Assembly (NCBI GenBank): GCA_023954475.1
Contig: JAMLHW010000019.1
Coordinates: forward strand, 2,768-66,767
Origin: Anaerolineae bacterium
GTDB taxonomy: Bacteria > Chloroflexota > Anaerolineae > Promineifilales > Promineifilaceae
Direction of reading: 5' to 3'
Length of the DNA stretch: 64,000 bases
A program made the position numbers and the translations under genes. The notes beneath the pieces are model-generated. The model searched no databases. It saw nothing but the letters and a program-made list of their open reading frames with translations, and was not told the DNA's origin. Shown here one piece after another: positions 28,425-36,755 of this stretch; the stretch's first letter is position 1, and every line of letters begins with the position of its first letter.

Positions 28425-29228
28425 ATGAATTATCTGATTGATGGTCACAATCTGATCGGCAAGCTGCCGGATATCAAACTGTCCGACCCCGACGATGAAG
28501 CGAAGCTGGTGCTCAAGTTGATCAATTGGGCGGCGGTGGGGGATAACCGGCGCGTCATCGTCGTCTTTGATCGCGGGATGCCGGGCATCCAGTGGGCGCG
28601 TTTTCGCAGTGATCACATCAAGACGGTGTTTGTGGCGGATGGGGATTCGGCCGATAATTGGCTAATCCAGTTCATGAAGCGCGAAATACGCGATCCGCGT
28701 CAATTCACGCTGGTCACGAGCGACAACGCCATTGTCAAAATTGCCCGGCAATTGCGTATCAAACAGATATCTTCCGATCAATTTGGCAATGAGATGAGCG
28801 ACGAACTGGCGCGATTGCTGCAGGGCGATCAGTCCGTTGCAGATGATCCGGCCCCGCTCAAGCCACTGCCTCGTGAAAATCCCAGGCAGCTCTCCGATGA
28901 AGAAGTCGCGGCCTGGCTCGATCTGTTTGGCGGCGAGCAGCAGGTCGAACTCAAGCCATACCAGCGTCGCCGTTCGCAGCCAGAGCCAACTGAGCAGCCT
29001 ACACCGGCCAAGGACGGCGTCCCGCTTGATCCTGAGGACTTTGTTTTGTCGCCCGATGACGTGGCTCAATGGCTGGCGTTGTTTGGCGGTGAGCCGGAAC
29101 TCAAACCGGGCAAGAAGAAGAAACAGGATTCGGCCGAAACGACACCTGGCAAACCATCCGCTTCCAACCCGCATCTTTCCCAAAGCGATATCGATATGTG
29201 GCTCTCTCTTTTCGGCGACGATACCTGA
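28425..29228 (+). CDS. YacP/Rae1-like NYN-domain ribonuclease with a C-terminal triple repeat tail
   Basis: MNYLIDGHNLIGKLPD...VVFD...ADNWLI fits the YacP-like NYN family. The tail has three LSxxD(V/I)xxWLxLFG(G/D) repeats. Confidence 0.8.
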   Translation: MNYLIDGHNLIGKLPDIKLSDPDDEAKLVLKLINWAAVGDNRRVIVVFDRGMPGIQWARFRSDHIKTVFVADGDSADNWLIQFMKREIRDPRQFTLVTSDNAIVKIARQLRIKQISSDQFGNEMSDELARLLQGDQSVADDPAPLKPLPRENPRQLSDEEVAAWLDLFGGEQQVELKPYQRRRSQPEPTEQPTPAKDGVPLDPEDFVLSPDDVAQWLALFGGEPELKPGKKKKQDSAETTPGKPSASNPHLSQSDIDMWLSLFGDDT

Positions 29229-29395
29229 CACACGTTACGCAGTGCTATCCTCTGCATACGCCAGCCCGTTCTTCAAAGCGCTTGCGCCAAGTCGTCTTGC
29301 CCATTTCAGTCGTTCGCGTTACTCGTTTGCCCGTGCCTGTGGTATCATACTTGTGAAATTTGGAGCTAAGATTTAACGATACAGGTTACTGATCC

Positions 29396-30871
29396 ATGTT
29401 TGCAGCCCCTACACTCAATCTCTGGGTAATCACACCCCTGATCATCCTCACAGTCTGGGCGATCATTCTCATGTTTATCGACCTGTTCATCCCGGCAGGC
29501 AAGAAACAATGGACCGGTTGGTTGACGCTGGTTGGTCTCATTCCGGCATTGGCTCTCACGCTTATGCAATGGGGACAAACCGGCGGTGCCTTTATTGCTG
29601 AGGGTGGCCAACCCATGGTAGTAGTGGATAACTTCGCCACATTCCTCAACACCCTGTACCTGCTCACCGGTATTTTGGCTGTCTTTATCAGCGTCAGTTA
29701 CATCCGCGACGCCGGCCTGGAGCGCGGTGAGTACTACTTTCTCATGCTGTTCTCCATCGTCGGCATGATGCTGATGGGCATGGCCAACGACCTGATCCTG
29801 ATCTTCCTGGCACTCGAACTACTCTCGATTCCGCTCTATATCCTCTCCGGATTTGACACGGGTAGTGACACATCGGAAGAATCTGCCCTCAAATATTTTC
29901 TGCTGGGCGCATTTTCGTCGGCATTTTTCCTGTTTGGCATTGCGCTGACCTATGGGGCAACCGGGACCACGTCGCTGCCAGTGATTCTCGATACGATCAG
30001 CCTCGACGATCCGCTGGCGTTGGCGGCACTGGGTATGCTGCTCGTTGGCTTTGCGTTCAAAGTGGGTGCCGTGCCTTTCCACATGTGGACGCCGGACGTA
30101 TACGAAGGCGCACCGACCTCCGTCGTCGCGTTTATGTCTATTGGCGCTAAAGTTGCCGGGTTTGCAGCACTCATGCGCGTGTTAGGCCAGGGCTTCCCGA
30201 TGTGGGGTGAGTTGTGGCAGCCGGCCATTGTCGTGATTTCGGCTTTGACAATGATAGTCGGTAATTTCGCCGCAGTTCGTCAGCAAAACATCAAGCGCAT
30301 GTTGGCTTATTCCGGCATTGCCAACGCCGGTTATATTTTGATCGGCGTGGCAGCCAGTGCAACCGATCCGGAAGCGATCAGCGCATCGCTGTACTATATG
30401 CTGGCTTACTTGTTCACCAATATCGGTGCATTTGCTGTTGTCATTGCTGTCGAAAAACTCGATGGTCAAAAAGGTTTGCTGGTCGAAGATTACAAGGGCC
30501 TTGCCAAGCGCCACTTGTTGTTATCGCTCGCGCTGGCCTATTTCATGTTTTCATTGGTCGGTATTCCGCTGACGGGGGGCTTTACGGCTAAATTCTACGT
30601 GTTCGGCGCCGGTGTCACAGCCGGTTTGTATTGGTTGGTCGTCATTGGTGCGATTACGAGTGTTGTGTCGGCGTTTTACTATTTGCGGCCGGTGCTCTAT
30701 GCGTTTATGTACGAAGGACCGGCAGTGGCGCGCGTTTCGCGTGGTTTGATGTTTGTCTTGGTCGTGGCTGTGTTTGCGACGCTGGTGTTTGGCATTTTTC
30801 CCGGCCCCTGGTATGAACTGGCCAGTCAGGCCACGTTTGGCAATGTCGCAACGTTTGTTGCCGGAGGATAA
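29396..30871 (+). CDS. nuoN: NADH-quinone oxidoreductase subunit N (antiporter-like subunit), solitary
   Basis: 491 aa polytopic ORF with NuoN/ND2-like blocks (LSIPLYILSG, KYFLLGAFSSAFFLFG, KVGAVPFHMWTPDVYEGAPT). No other nuo genes are adjacent. Confidence 0.85.
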   Translation: MFAAPTLNLWVITPLIILTVWAIILMFIDLFIPAGKKQWTGWLTLVGLIPALALTLMQWGQTGGAFIAEGGQPMVVVDNFATFLNTLYLLTGILAVFISVSYIRDAGLERGEYYFLMLFSIVGMMLMGMANDLILIFLALELLSIPLYILSGFDTGSDTSEESALKYFLLGAFSSAFFLFGIALTYGATGTTSLPVILDTISLDDPLALAALGMLLVGFAFKVGAVPFHMWTPDVYEGAPTSVVAFMSIGAKVAGFAALMRVLGQGFPMWGELWQPAIVVISALTMIVGNFAAVRQQNIKRMLAYSGIANAGYILIGVAASATDPEAISASLYYMLAYLFTNIGAFAVVIAVEKLDGQKGLLVEDYKGLAKRHLLLSLALAYFMFSLVGIPLTGGFTAKFYVFGAGVTAGLYWLVVIGAITSVVSAFYYLRPVLYAFMYEGPAVARVSRGLMFVLVVAVFATLVFGIFPGPWYELASQATFGNVATFVAGG

Positions 30872-30891
30872 AGGCACGCTACAAAACAAGT

Positions 30892-30927
30892 AAGCCATCC
30901 CAATCTAAAGGGGTGGCTTTTTTTTTG
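30892..30927 (+). terminator. rho-independent terminator after nuoN
   Basis: AAGCCATCCC-AATCTAAA-GGGGTGGCTT (10-bp stem with one G-T pair) followed by TTTTTTT. Confidence 0.7.
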
Positions 30928-31010
30928 CGCTTTGCAGGATAATGGTGTAAACAAGAGCCGTTCACTGCTGCGGTCTGACATTCGTGTGTACCACAGGAAG
31001 GGATCAAGCC

Positions 31011-33074
31011 ATGACCAGGTTGTCACATCTAAAACAGCGTTACTGGATTGAACCGCAACGTTCGGGGTTCCGCTTGTTGTCGCGCATTCGGTTCCCGGAC
31101 GGCATTGTCATGATGGGGCTGGCGGTGATTGTTGGGATCGGCACGGCATTAGGCGCAGTTGTGTTTGTTAAGTTGCTGCGCCTCATGGGTGATCTGACTG
31201 TTGCAGTGGAAGTTGCCATTGGCTCAATCGCAGGCTTGTTTCTCGTCATGGGCCTGGGTGGTTTGATAGTCGGATATATGATTAACCGCTGGGCCAGTGA
31301 GGCTAAAGGCCATGGTGTACCTGAGGTGATGGAAGCGATTGGTTTACGCGGGGGTCGAATTCGGCCGATAGTAGCCGTCGTCAAAGTCATTGCATCGGCC
31401 ATTACCATTGGCGTTGGTGGATCGGCCGGACGAGAAGGCCCCATTGTGCAAGTTGGCTCTGCTTTAGGGTCGTCACTCGGTCAGGTACTCGATCTCTCCA
31501 GAGAACGAATCATCACACTCGTCGCTTGTGGATCAGCCGCCGGTATTGCCGCAACCTTTAACGCACCAATCGCCGGCGCAATTTTCGCACTCGAAGTCAT
31601 ATTGGGTCAATTCAGCGTCCGCTACTTCGGCGCCGTCGTGATTAGCGCCGTTTCTGCATCCATCGTTGCTCAGGCATTTTTGGGAAACCGGCCAGCGTTC
31701 AACGTGCCGTCATATGCACTCAATCACCTCGGTGAAATTCCGATCTATATCACACTCGGTGTCTTGTCCGCGTTGTGGGCAGTGTTATTCATACGAATTC
31801 TGTACCGCATTGAAGGCATGTTCGACCACTGGCATATTCCGCTGGCTATCAAAACCACAATTGGTATGCTGTTGACGGCGGCGATTGCATTGCCGCTTGT
31901 CGAGCGCCAGGTTTTAGGCCCCGGTCTTGAATTCATCGGCGAATCAATCGCTGAGGATTTTGGACTGGAGTTGCCTTTGTTATTTGCCTTGCTCATCTTT
32001 AAGCTGCTGGCAACCAGCTTTACGCTTGGCAGTGGCAATTCGGGCGGCGTCTTTGCACCGAGTCTTTTCATGGGTGCAATTTTAGGTGCGATTGTCGGGA
32101 CAATTTCCAATCGCTTGTGGCCCGATGTTGCCATCAATCCGGGCGCATACGCCATCGTCGGTATGGCATCTGTTTTTGCTGGTGCAGCAAGGGCACCAAT
32201 CACCGCCATTTTAATCGTGTTTGAAATGTCGAGTGACTATAAGTTGATTTTGCCGCTCATGATGTCAACGGTATTGGCGACGGTATTGGCTGAAGCGATT
32301 TTCCCGGAGTCCATCTATACCCTGAAGCTCAAATTGAAAGGCGTTTCGTTGCACCGTGGTCGTGACAATGAACTGCTCGACAGTGTACTCGTGAACGAAA
32401 TCATGAGAAATAATGTGCCTGTTATGTCACCGGAAACGACATTGGGCGAGCTTTCGCAGCAATTTGCTGAAACACACGGGCACGGGTTCCCGGTCGTTGA
32501 TGACGATAATAATTTGCGCGGCGTTGTGACAATAAGCGACTTGGAGCGGGCGTGGACTGATGGTGTGCCGCATTACGATGACGCGATGCATGTAATTGAC
32601 ATAGCTACCCCGTATGAGCAACTGCTGTTTACTTTTCCCGATGAGACGATGGGACAGGCATTGGAGCGCATGGGACATCGCGACCTCGGACGACTGCCGG
32701 TTGTTGCCCGCGAGAATTCCCGACAATTTGTCGGATTGATTCGCCGTGCGGATATTATTCGCGCGTACAATCTGGGATTGGCGCGCCGCGATGTGCTGCG
32801 TCATCGGGTTGAGCGGGCAAAGGTTGAGCAGGAGGACGCTGAATTTGTCGATATTGTTCTGGACACAGGTGACGCTGTGGTTGGTAAGTCGTTGAGTGAG
32901 ATCGCTACCAATTTACCGAGAGGGTGTGTCTTGATTTCGGTAACGCGTGCCGGACGTGTTGTTATTCCGCACGGCCAAACGGTTTTCCTGGCAGGCGACC
33001 ACATTACGGCGTTTGTACGCAAGCAGGATCGCGCAGAATATATGCAGGCGTTTGGCATTGGTAGTGAAGCTTGA
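31011..33074 (+). CDS. ClC family chloride channel/antiporter with CBS pair and TrkA-C (RCK_C) domain
   Basis: GSAGREGP, GSGNSGGVFAPSLFMGA and the AGAARAPITA blocks, then two CBS-like units and a C-terminal TrkA-C-like unit. ATG 31011 is preceded by AGGAAGGG. Confidence 0.88.
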   Translation: MTRLSHLKQRYWIEPQRSGFRLLSRIRFPDGIVMMGLAVIVGIGTALGAVVFVKLLRLMGDLTVAVEVAIGSIAGLFLVMGLGGLIVGYMINRWASEAKGHGVPEVMEAIGLRGGRIRPIVAVVKVIASAITIGVGGSAGREGPIVQVGSALGSSLGQVLDLSRERIITLVACGSAAGIAATFNAPIAGAIFALEVILGQFSVRYFGAVVISAVSASIVAQAFLGNRPAFNVPSYALNHLGEIPIYITLGVLSALWAVLFIRILYRIEGMFDHWHIPLAIKTTIGMLLTAAIALPLVERQVLGPGLEFIGESIAEDFGLELPLLFALLIFKLLATSFTLGSGNSGGVFAPSLFMGAILGAIVGTISNRLWPDVAINPGAYAIVGMASVFAGAARAPITAILIVFEMSSDYKLILPLMMSTVLATVLAEAIFPESIYTLKLKLKGVSLHRGRDNELLDSVLVNEIMRNNVPVMSPETTLGELSQQFAETHGHGFPVVDDDNNLRGVVTISDLERAWTDGVPHYDDAMHVIDIATPYEQLLFTFPDETMGQALERMGHRDLGRLPVVARENSRQFVGLIRRADIIRAYNLGLARRDVLRHRVERAKVEQEDAEFVDIVLDTGDAVVGKSLSEIATNLPRGCVLISVTRAGRVVIPHGQTVFLAGDHITAFVRKQDRAEYMQAFGIGSEA

Positions 33075-33079
33075 CGAAT

Positions 33080-33736
33080 TCAGGGAGCCAGCCGTTCGAT
33101 TTGCCACTTTCGGCCGATACGCACATAACGAAACCGGTCGTGTAGCCGACTAGGACGTCCCTGCCAGAATTCAAACACGTGCGGCACGACGCGATAACCA
33201 CCCCAGAATGGTGGTAAAGGAATCTCTTTACCGGCAAATTGACGTTCCAGTTGCACCCGTTTGGTTTCGAGAATATCGCGATTGGGGATGACAGTGCTTT
33301 GTGGCGAAGTCCACGCGCCGATTTGGCTGTCACGCGGGCGGCTGTGAAAATATTCGGCCGATTCGGCCTCACTCAACCGCTCAACCGCGCCGGCTATCCG
33401 TACCTGTCGCTGCAATGTGTCCCAGTACAAAACCAGCGCGGCTCTGGGATTGGCCGCCAAATCGCGCCCTTTCCGGCTTTCGTGATTGGTGTAGAAGACG
33501 AATCCACGTGTATCGACGCCTTTGAGCAGCACCATGCGTGCCGACGGCATGCCGTCAGCATCAGACGTTGCCAGGGTCATCGCATTGGGTTCGACCAGAT
33601 CAGCGTGCAGGGCAACCTGCCACCATGTCTGGAATTGCGTAAACGGATCGGGGTCGAGATCGGCACGATCCAATGCGTCGACCGTGTAGCTGATGCGCAG
33701 TTTGGCGGGATCGTTTTCATCCATGTTCAGCAGCAT
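33080..33736 (-). CDS. pdxH: pyridoxamine 5'-phosphate oxidase
   Basis: 218 aa ORF with RMVLLKGVDTRGFVFYTNHESRKG, RQVRIAG, PPFWGGYRV and EFWQGRPSRLHDR motifs. GGAG lies upstream. Confidence 0.9.
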   Translation of the reverse strand: MLLNMDENDPAKLRISYTVDALDRADLDPDPFTQFQTWWQVALHADLVEPNAMTLATSDADGMPSARMVLLKGVDTRGFVFYTNHESRKGRDLAANPRAALVLYWDTLQRQVRIAGAVERLSEAESAEYFHSRPRDSQIGAWTSPQSTVIPNRDILETKRVQLERQFAGKEIPLPPFWGGYRVVPHVFEFWQGRPSRLHDRFRYVRIGRKWQIERLAP

Positions 33737-33750
33737 GAAGTACTCCGCAA

Positions 33751-34140
33751 TCAGAAGCCGTCAAAATGTTCCCATTTCGGCCGAATGATGTAGCCCACCA
33801 CCGCAAACGGCACGATGCGCGCATAGACGACGAGCAGCGAACCGGCAGACAGTACATCCAGGAAAAGGGCAACAATGGTTGCGGCGAGATAGAGGTACAA
33901 GCCCCACATTTTCCAGCGCCAAAACGCAATACCAGCGACAATTTCAGCCAGACCGACACCGATGACGAGCGGGAGCAGCCATCCTGGCGCAAGGACGCCC
34001 CGGGCGCTGTCGAACATTATTACAAGGACGATCAGCGCCAGCCCATAGCCGATGACGAAGCAGATCGCCGCTGTCAACCAACGGCCCCGCTCGCGCTCGG
34101 TTGGCAGATCATAATCGGCCGAATCGTCCTCATCCCACAT
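33751..34140 (-). CDS. small 3-4 TM membrane protein (paralog of 34355-34720)
   Basis: The C-terminal half, WRWKMWGLYLYLAATIV...RIVPFAVVGYIIRPKWEHF, aligns with the neighbour. ATG 34140 is preferred because the track start 34170 lies inside a terminator stem. Confidence 0.55.
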   Translation of the reverse strand: MWDEDDSADYDLPTERERGRWLTAAICFVIGYGLALIVLVIMFDSARGVLAPGWLLPLVIGVGLAEIVAGIAFWRWKMWGLYLYLAATIVALFLDVLSAGSLLVVYARIVPFAVVGYIIRPKWEHFDGF

Positions 34141-34168
34141 CGTTGCGTTGAGACAGCAATAGAAATGC

Positions 34169-34210
34169 AAAAGGCACAGAAAGACAAAGATCTGCCGTTC
34201 TGTGCCTTTT
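34169..34210 (-). terminator. 13-bp perfect inverted repeat with flanking T runs (bidirectional terminator-like)
   Basis: AAAAGGCACAGAA, a 16-nt loop, then TTCTGTGCCTTTT. On the minus strand it is followed by TTTTGCATTTC. Confidence 0.55.
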
Positions 34211-34247
34211 GGAAATAACTACAGAACTGGTGTCTGGCGAAAATCGA

Positions 34248-34306
34248 GACCCTTAGGGTTTTCTCTCGAGTAATCAATCCAATTTAGGAACAAAACCCTA
34301 AGGGTC
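34248..34306. repeat. 15-bp perfect inverted repeat GACCCTTAGGGTTTT / AAAACCCTAAGGGTC with a 29-nt spacer, each arm followed by CTCGAGTAA
   Basis: Read directly, between the two paralogous small membrane protein genes. Confidence 0.5.
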
Positions 34307-34354
34307 TTACCTCGAGTAACTTTCAAAAACGCCAGTGTCCAGTACGGAAGTGAC

Positions 34355-34720
34355 CTACGTAAAATATTTCCGCTTGGGCATGACGATGTAGCCAACAATG
34401 GCAAACGGAACGATACGCGAAAACGCGACGCCCAACGACCCGGTAGCTGCCAATCCCAGGATGATGACAACAATCGTGGCCGCCAGATAAACGTACAGGC
34501 CCCAAAGCTTCCACGTCCATAAGCCGTATGCGGCTACAATGTCCAGGAGAGCCACAATTAACATGGCGGGCAAGTACCAGTCGGGATAGTCGACACTGCG
34601 CAGTTCGTTGTCACCCAGCGCGACGCCTAAAACCAACAGACCGTGCAGGGCGACGAACACGATAGCTGCTACGAGCAAGCCGCCACGTTCCGGTTTTCTG
34701 TGTTGTTTCACTTTACTCAT
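34355..34720 (-). CDS. small membrane protein (paralog of 33751-34140)
   Basis: MSKVKQHRKPERGGLLVAAIVFVAL... with C-terminus WTWKLWGLYVYLAATIV...RIVPFAIVGYIVMPKRKYF. The internal ATG is preferred over the track TTG start at 34867. Confidence 0.55.
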   Translation of the reverse strand: MSKVKQHRKPERGGLLVAAIVFVALHGLLVLGVALGDNELRSVDYPDWYLPAMLIVALLDIVAAYGLWTWKLWGLYVYLAATIVVIILGLAATGSLGVAFSRIVPFAIVGYIVMPKRKYFT

Positions 34721-34863
34721 TGTTTTGTCTCCGATGTTTATAGATTGCGTCAGAAGTGTACTCGTTACCAGCCTGTTAATGCAACACCATTTCAATGCCG
34801 GGCGATGGATGTAACCGCACAGAATCGGCCGACTGCGCCTGATCCCGGTCGCAAAGACATGGA

Positions 34864-35649
34864 TCAAAACAGTGAGCCTTGCACCGGAATATCGGGATAA
34901 CTCGTCGGCAGACCGATCAACTGTTTGAATTGGTTACACGTGCCCGGTGAATGGCCACTGTAGTCGTTGTTGAAGAAGCCGTACACGTCGCCGAGCTGCG
35001 GCAGATGGGGTTCGATGAGGTCGAGCCAGTTTTGCAAGCGGTCGCGCCGGTCCAGCAAAATGCGGTCTTTGGTGGCGAACTGACCGTGTGTGCCGATGAA
35101 ACGCAAGTAGAGAAAATCGGTGGTCAGATGGATTTCGGGTGGCAGATGAATATAATCGGCCGAAACCCAGGCCACGTTCAGCCGACTGAGCAATTCCAGC
35201 ACGCGTCCACGCCGCCACGACGCGTCGCGAAACTCCACCGCATAGCGCACTGTTGTGGGCAGTCGTGCCAGAAAATCAGTCAGGTCGTCCAAATAGTTAA
35301 ACGTAAACGTCGGCGGAAACTGGATCAAAATCGGCCCTAGCGAGGTGCTGAGCAAGCGCATCCGGTCGACAAAAGCGCTCATTTGCGGCAATGTGTCGGG
35401 CAAAAACGGCGCATGTGAAATGTCGCGCGGTGTCTTGGGGCACAGCGTGAATCCGGACGGTACGGCCTGTGCCCACTTGCGCACCGTCATTGCTTTGGGA
35501 ATGCCGTAAAAGGTGGTATCGAGTTCGGCCGAATTGAAATAGTGCGCGTAATGCGCCAGAAATTGACTCGGCGGCAATCCAAGAGGGAAAAACGTCCCCA
35601 GCCACTGCTTGTAGCCAAACCCAATCGTGCCAAGATGCCAGTCTGTCAC
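34864..35649 (-). CDS. DUF72 (YecE-like) family protein
   Basis: 261 aa ORF. The N-terminus HLGTIGFGYKQWLGTFFP...FNSAELDTTFYGIP is typical of DUF72. Its start overlaps the ctaA stop by 4 nt. Confidence 0.85.
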   Translation of the reverse strand: MTDWHLGTIGFGYKQWLGTFFPLGLPPSQFLAHYAHYFNSAELDTTFYGIPKAMTVRKWAQAVPSGFTLCPKTPRDISHAPFLPDTLPQMSAFVDRMRLLSTSLGPILIQFPPTFTFNYLDDLTDFLARLPTTVRYAVEFRDASWRRGRVLELLSRLNVAWVSADYIHLPPEIHLTTDFLYLRFIGTHGQFATKDRILLDRRDRLQNWLDLIEPHLPQLGDVYGFFNNDYSGHSPGTCNQFKQLIGLPTSYPDIPVQGSLF

Positions 35650-36629
35650 GGTTTGTCGGGTTGCGGCGTCAATTCAATAGCCTCATTAGACTCAATGAGA
35701 TGGACAGGAGCAGCCAGCGCCGCTGCTGTCCACAACACAGCGAGTACCCACATGACATGCGTGATCAGCAAATGGGTCAATTGCAGTCCAATTGGAGCCA
35801 ACAGGAACGCATTCAGCCCGCCGAGCATATATTGCAGCCAGAACAATCCCATGACCCAGCGCGACAGACGCCGACCTTGTGTCGACGGAGCGGTGTCATT
35901 GACATTGCCGTACAGATATACCAGATACAAGCCGACAATGGTGGCGAAAACGGGATGCCAAATACGCAGCCGGATCAAATAGTGTACATTTTCGGCGAAA
36001 TCCTTTTGCACCCCTTCGACAAATGTGTCTGATGGAAAAAGCGTACTGGCGAGTGATGCAATTGCGCCAAAAACACTGAGTACCATCAATCCGAGCAGAA
36101 ACAGGCCCATTTTCGTCGTCAACATGCGGTTGGTACGCCACTTGACCGGAGGGTAGCCGCTGGCCCACCATGCTGTCAACGCGATAGAACCGGTCAGCAA
36201 GAACGTGTTGATCAAGTGCAGCGGCTGAACAAACGCCCGCGCCAGCGATTCGTTTGTGTCGACCCATTGGAAAATGACCAAGCCTGCGCCGAGCAGCGAT
36301 TCTGTCACCATGAAGAACATCGCCCAAGCGGCTCCCTTGCGCACACGATGCCCTTTGGGATAGCGGCGCAGCGCTAAAATCAGCATAAGAATGACGGAGA
36401 GCAGTGCCAGACCGCTGGTTCCCCTGTGGAAAAATTCGACCAGCGTAGACGTTTCGATCTCGGTTGCGGCGAGGTTGCCGCAGTACGGCCAGTCGGTGCC
36501 GCAGCCGTCACCGGAGCCGCTGGCGCTGACGAAGCCGCCCCATATAATGACGAACAGGTTGAAGATGAGGACAGCCCACGCGTAGCGGGCGAAATTGCGT
36601 TGTTTAGAGGTTAGTGATGCGATATCCAT
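35646..36629 (-). CDS. ctaA: heme A synthase (COX15/CtaA)
   Basis: 327 aa, 8-TM ORF with the SGSGDGCGTDWPYCGN cysteine loop and conserved His in the TM helices. TACAAT lies 6 nt upstream of the ATG. Confidence 0.85.
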   Translation of the reverse strand: MDIASLTSKQRNFARYAWAVLIFNLFVIIWGGFVSASGSGDGCGTDWPYCGNLAATEIETSTLVEFFHRGTSGLALLSVILMLILALRRYPKGHRVRKGAAWAMFFMVTESLLGAGLVIFQWVDTNESLARAFVQPLHLINTFLLTGSIALTAWWASGYPPVKWRTNRMLTTKMGLFLLGLMVLSVFGAIASLASTLFPSDTFVEGVQKDFAENVHYLIRLRIWHPVFATIVGLYLVYLYGNVNDTAPSTQGRRLSRWVMGLFWLQYMLGGLNAFLLAPIGLQLTHLLITHVMWVLAVLWTAAALAAPVHLIESNEAIELTPQPDKP

Positions 36630-36755
36630 ACGTTAATTGTAGCGCAACCGGCAAGCTGCGGCATGATTGACAGGTGCTTATTCGGCCGATATCGACAGCA
36701 GTTGCACAGCGCAGTAAACTCATACGGTCAATGAAAATGACACGCAGGTAAAGAC

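Noticed and set aside
30928-31010. Possible fluoride (crcB-motif) riboswitch upstream of the ClC channel gene (AGGATAATGGTGTAAAC...GCTGCGGTCTGAC).
   Set aside because: There is only a loose resemblance to GGCGATGGxGTTCGCC...GCTGATGA. The conserved GATGG and GCTGATGA cores and the pairing are not satisfied. This ClC also carries CBS/TrkA-C domains, which is unlike the riboswitch-associated CLC-F type.
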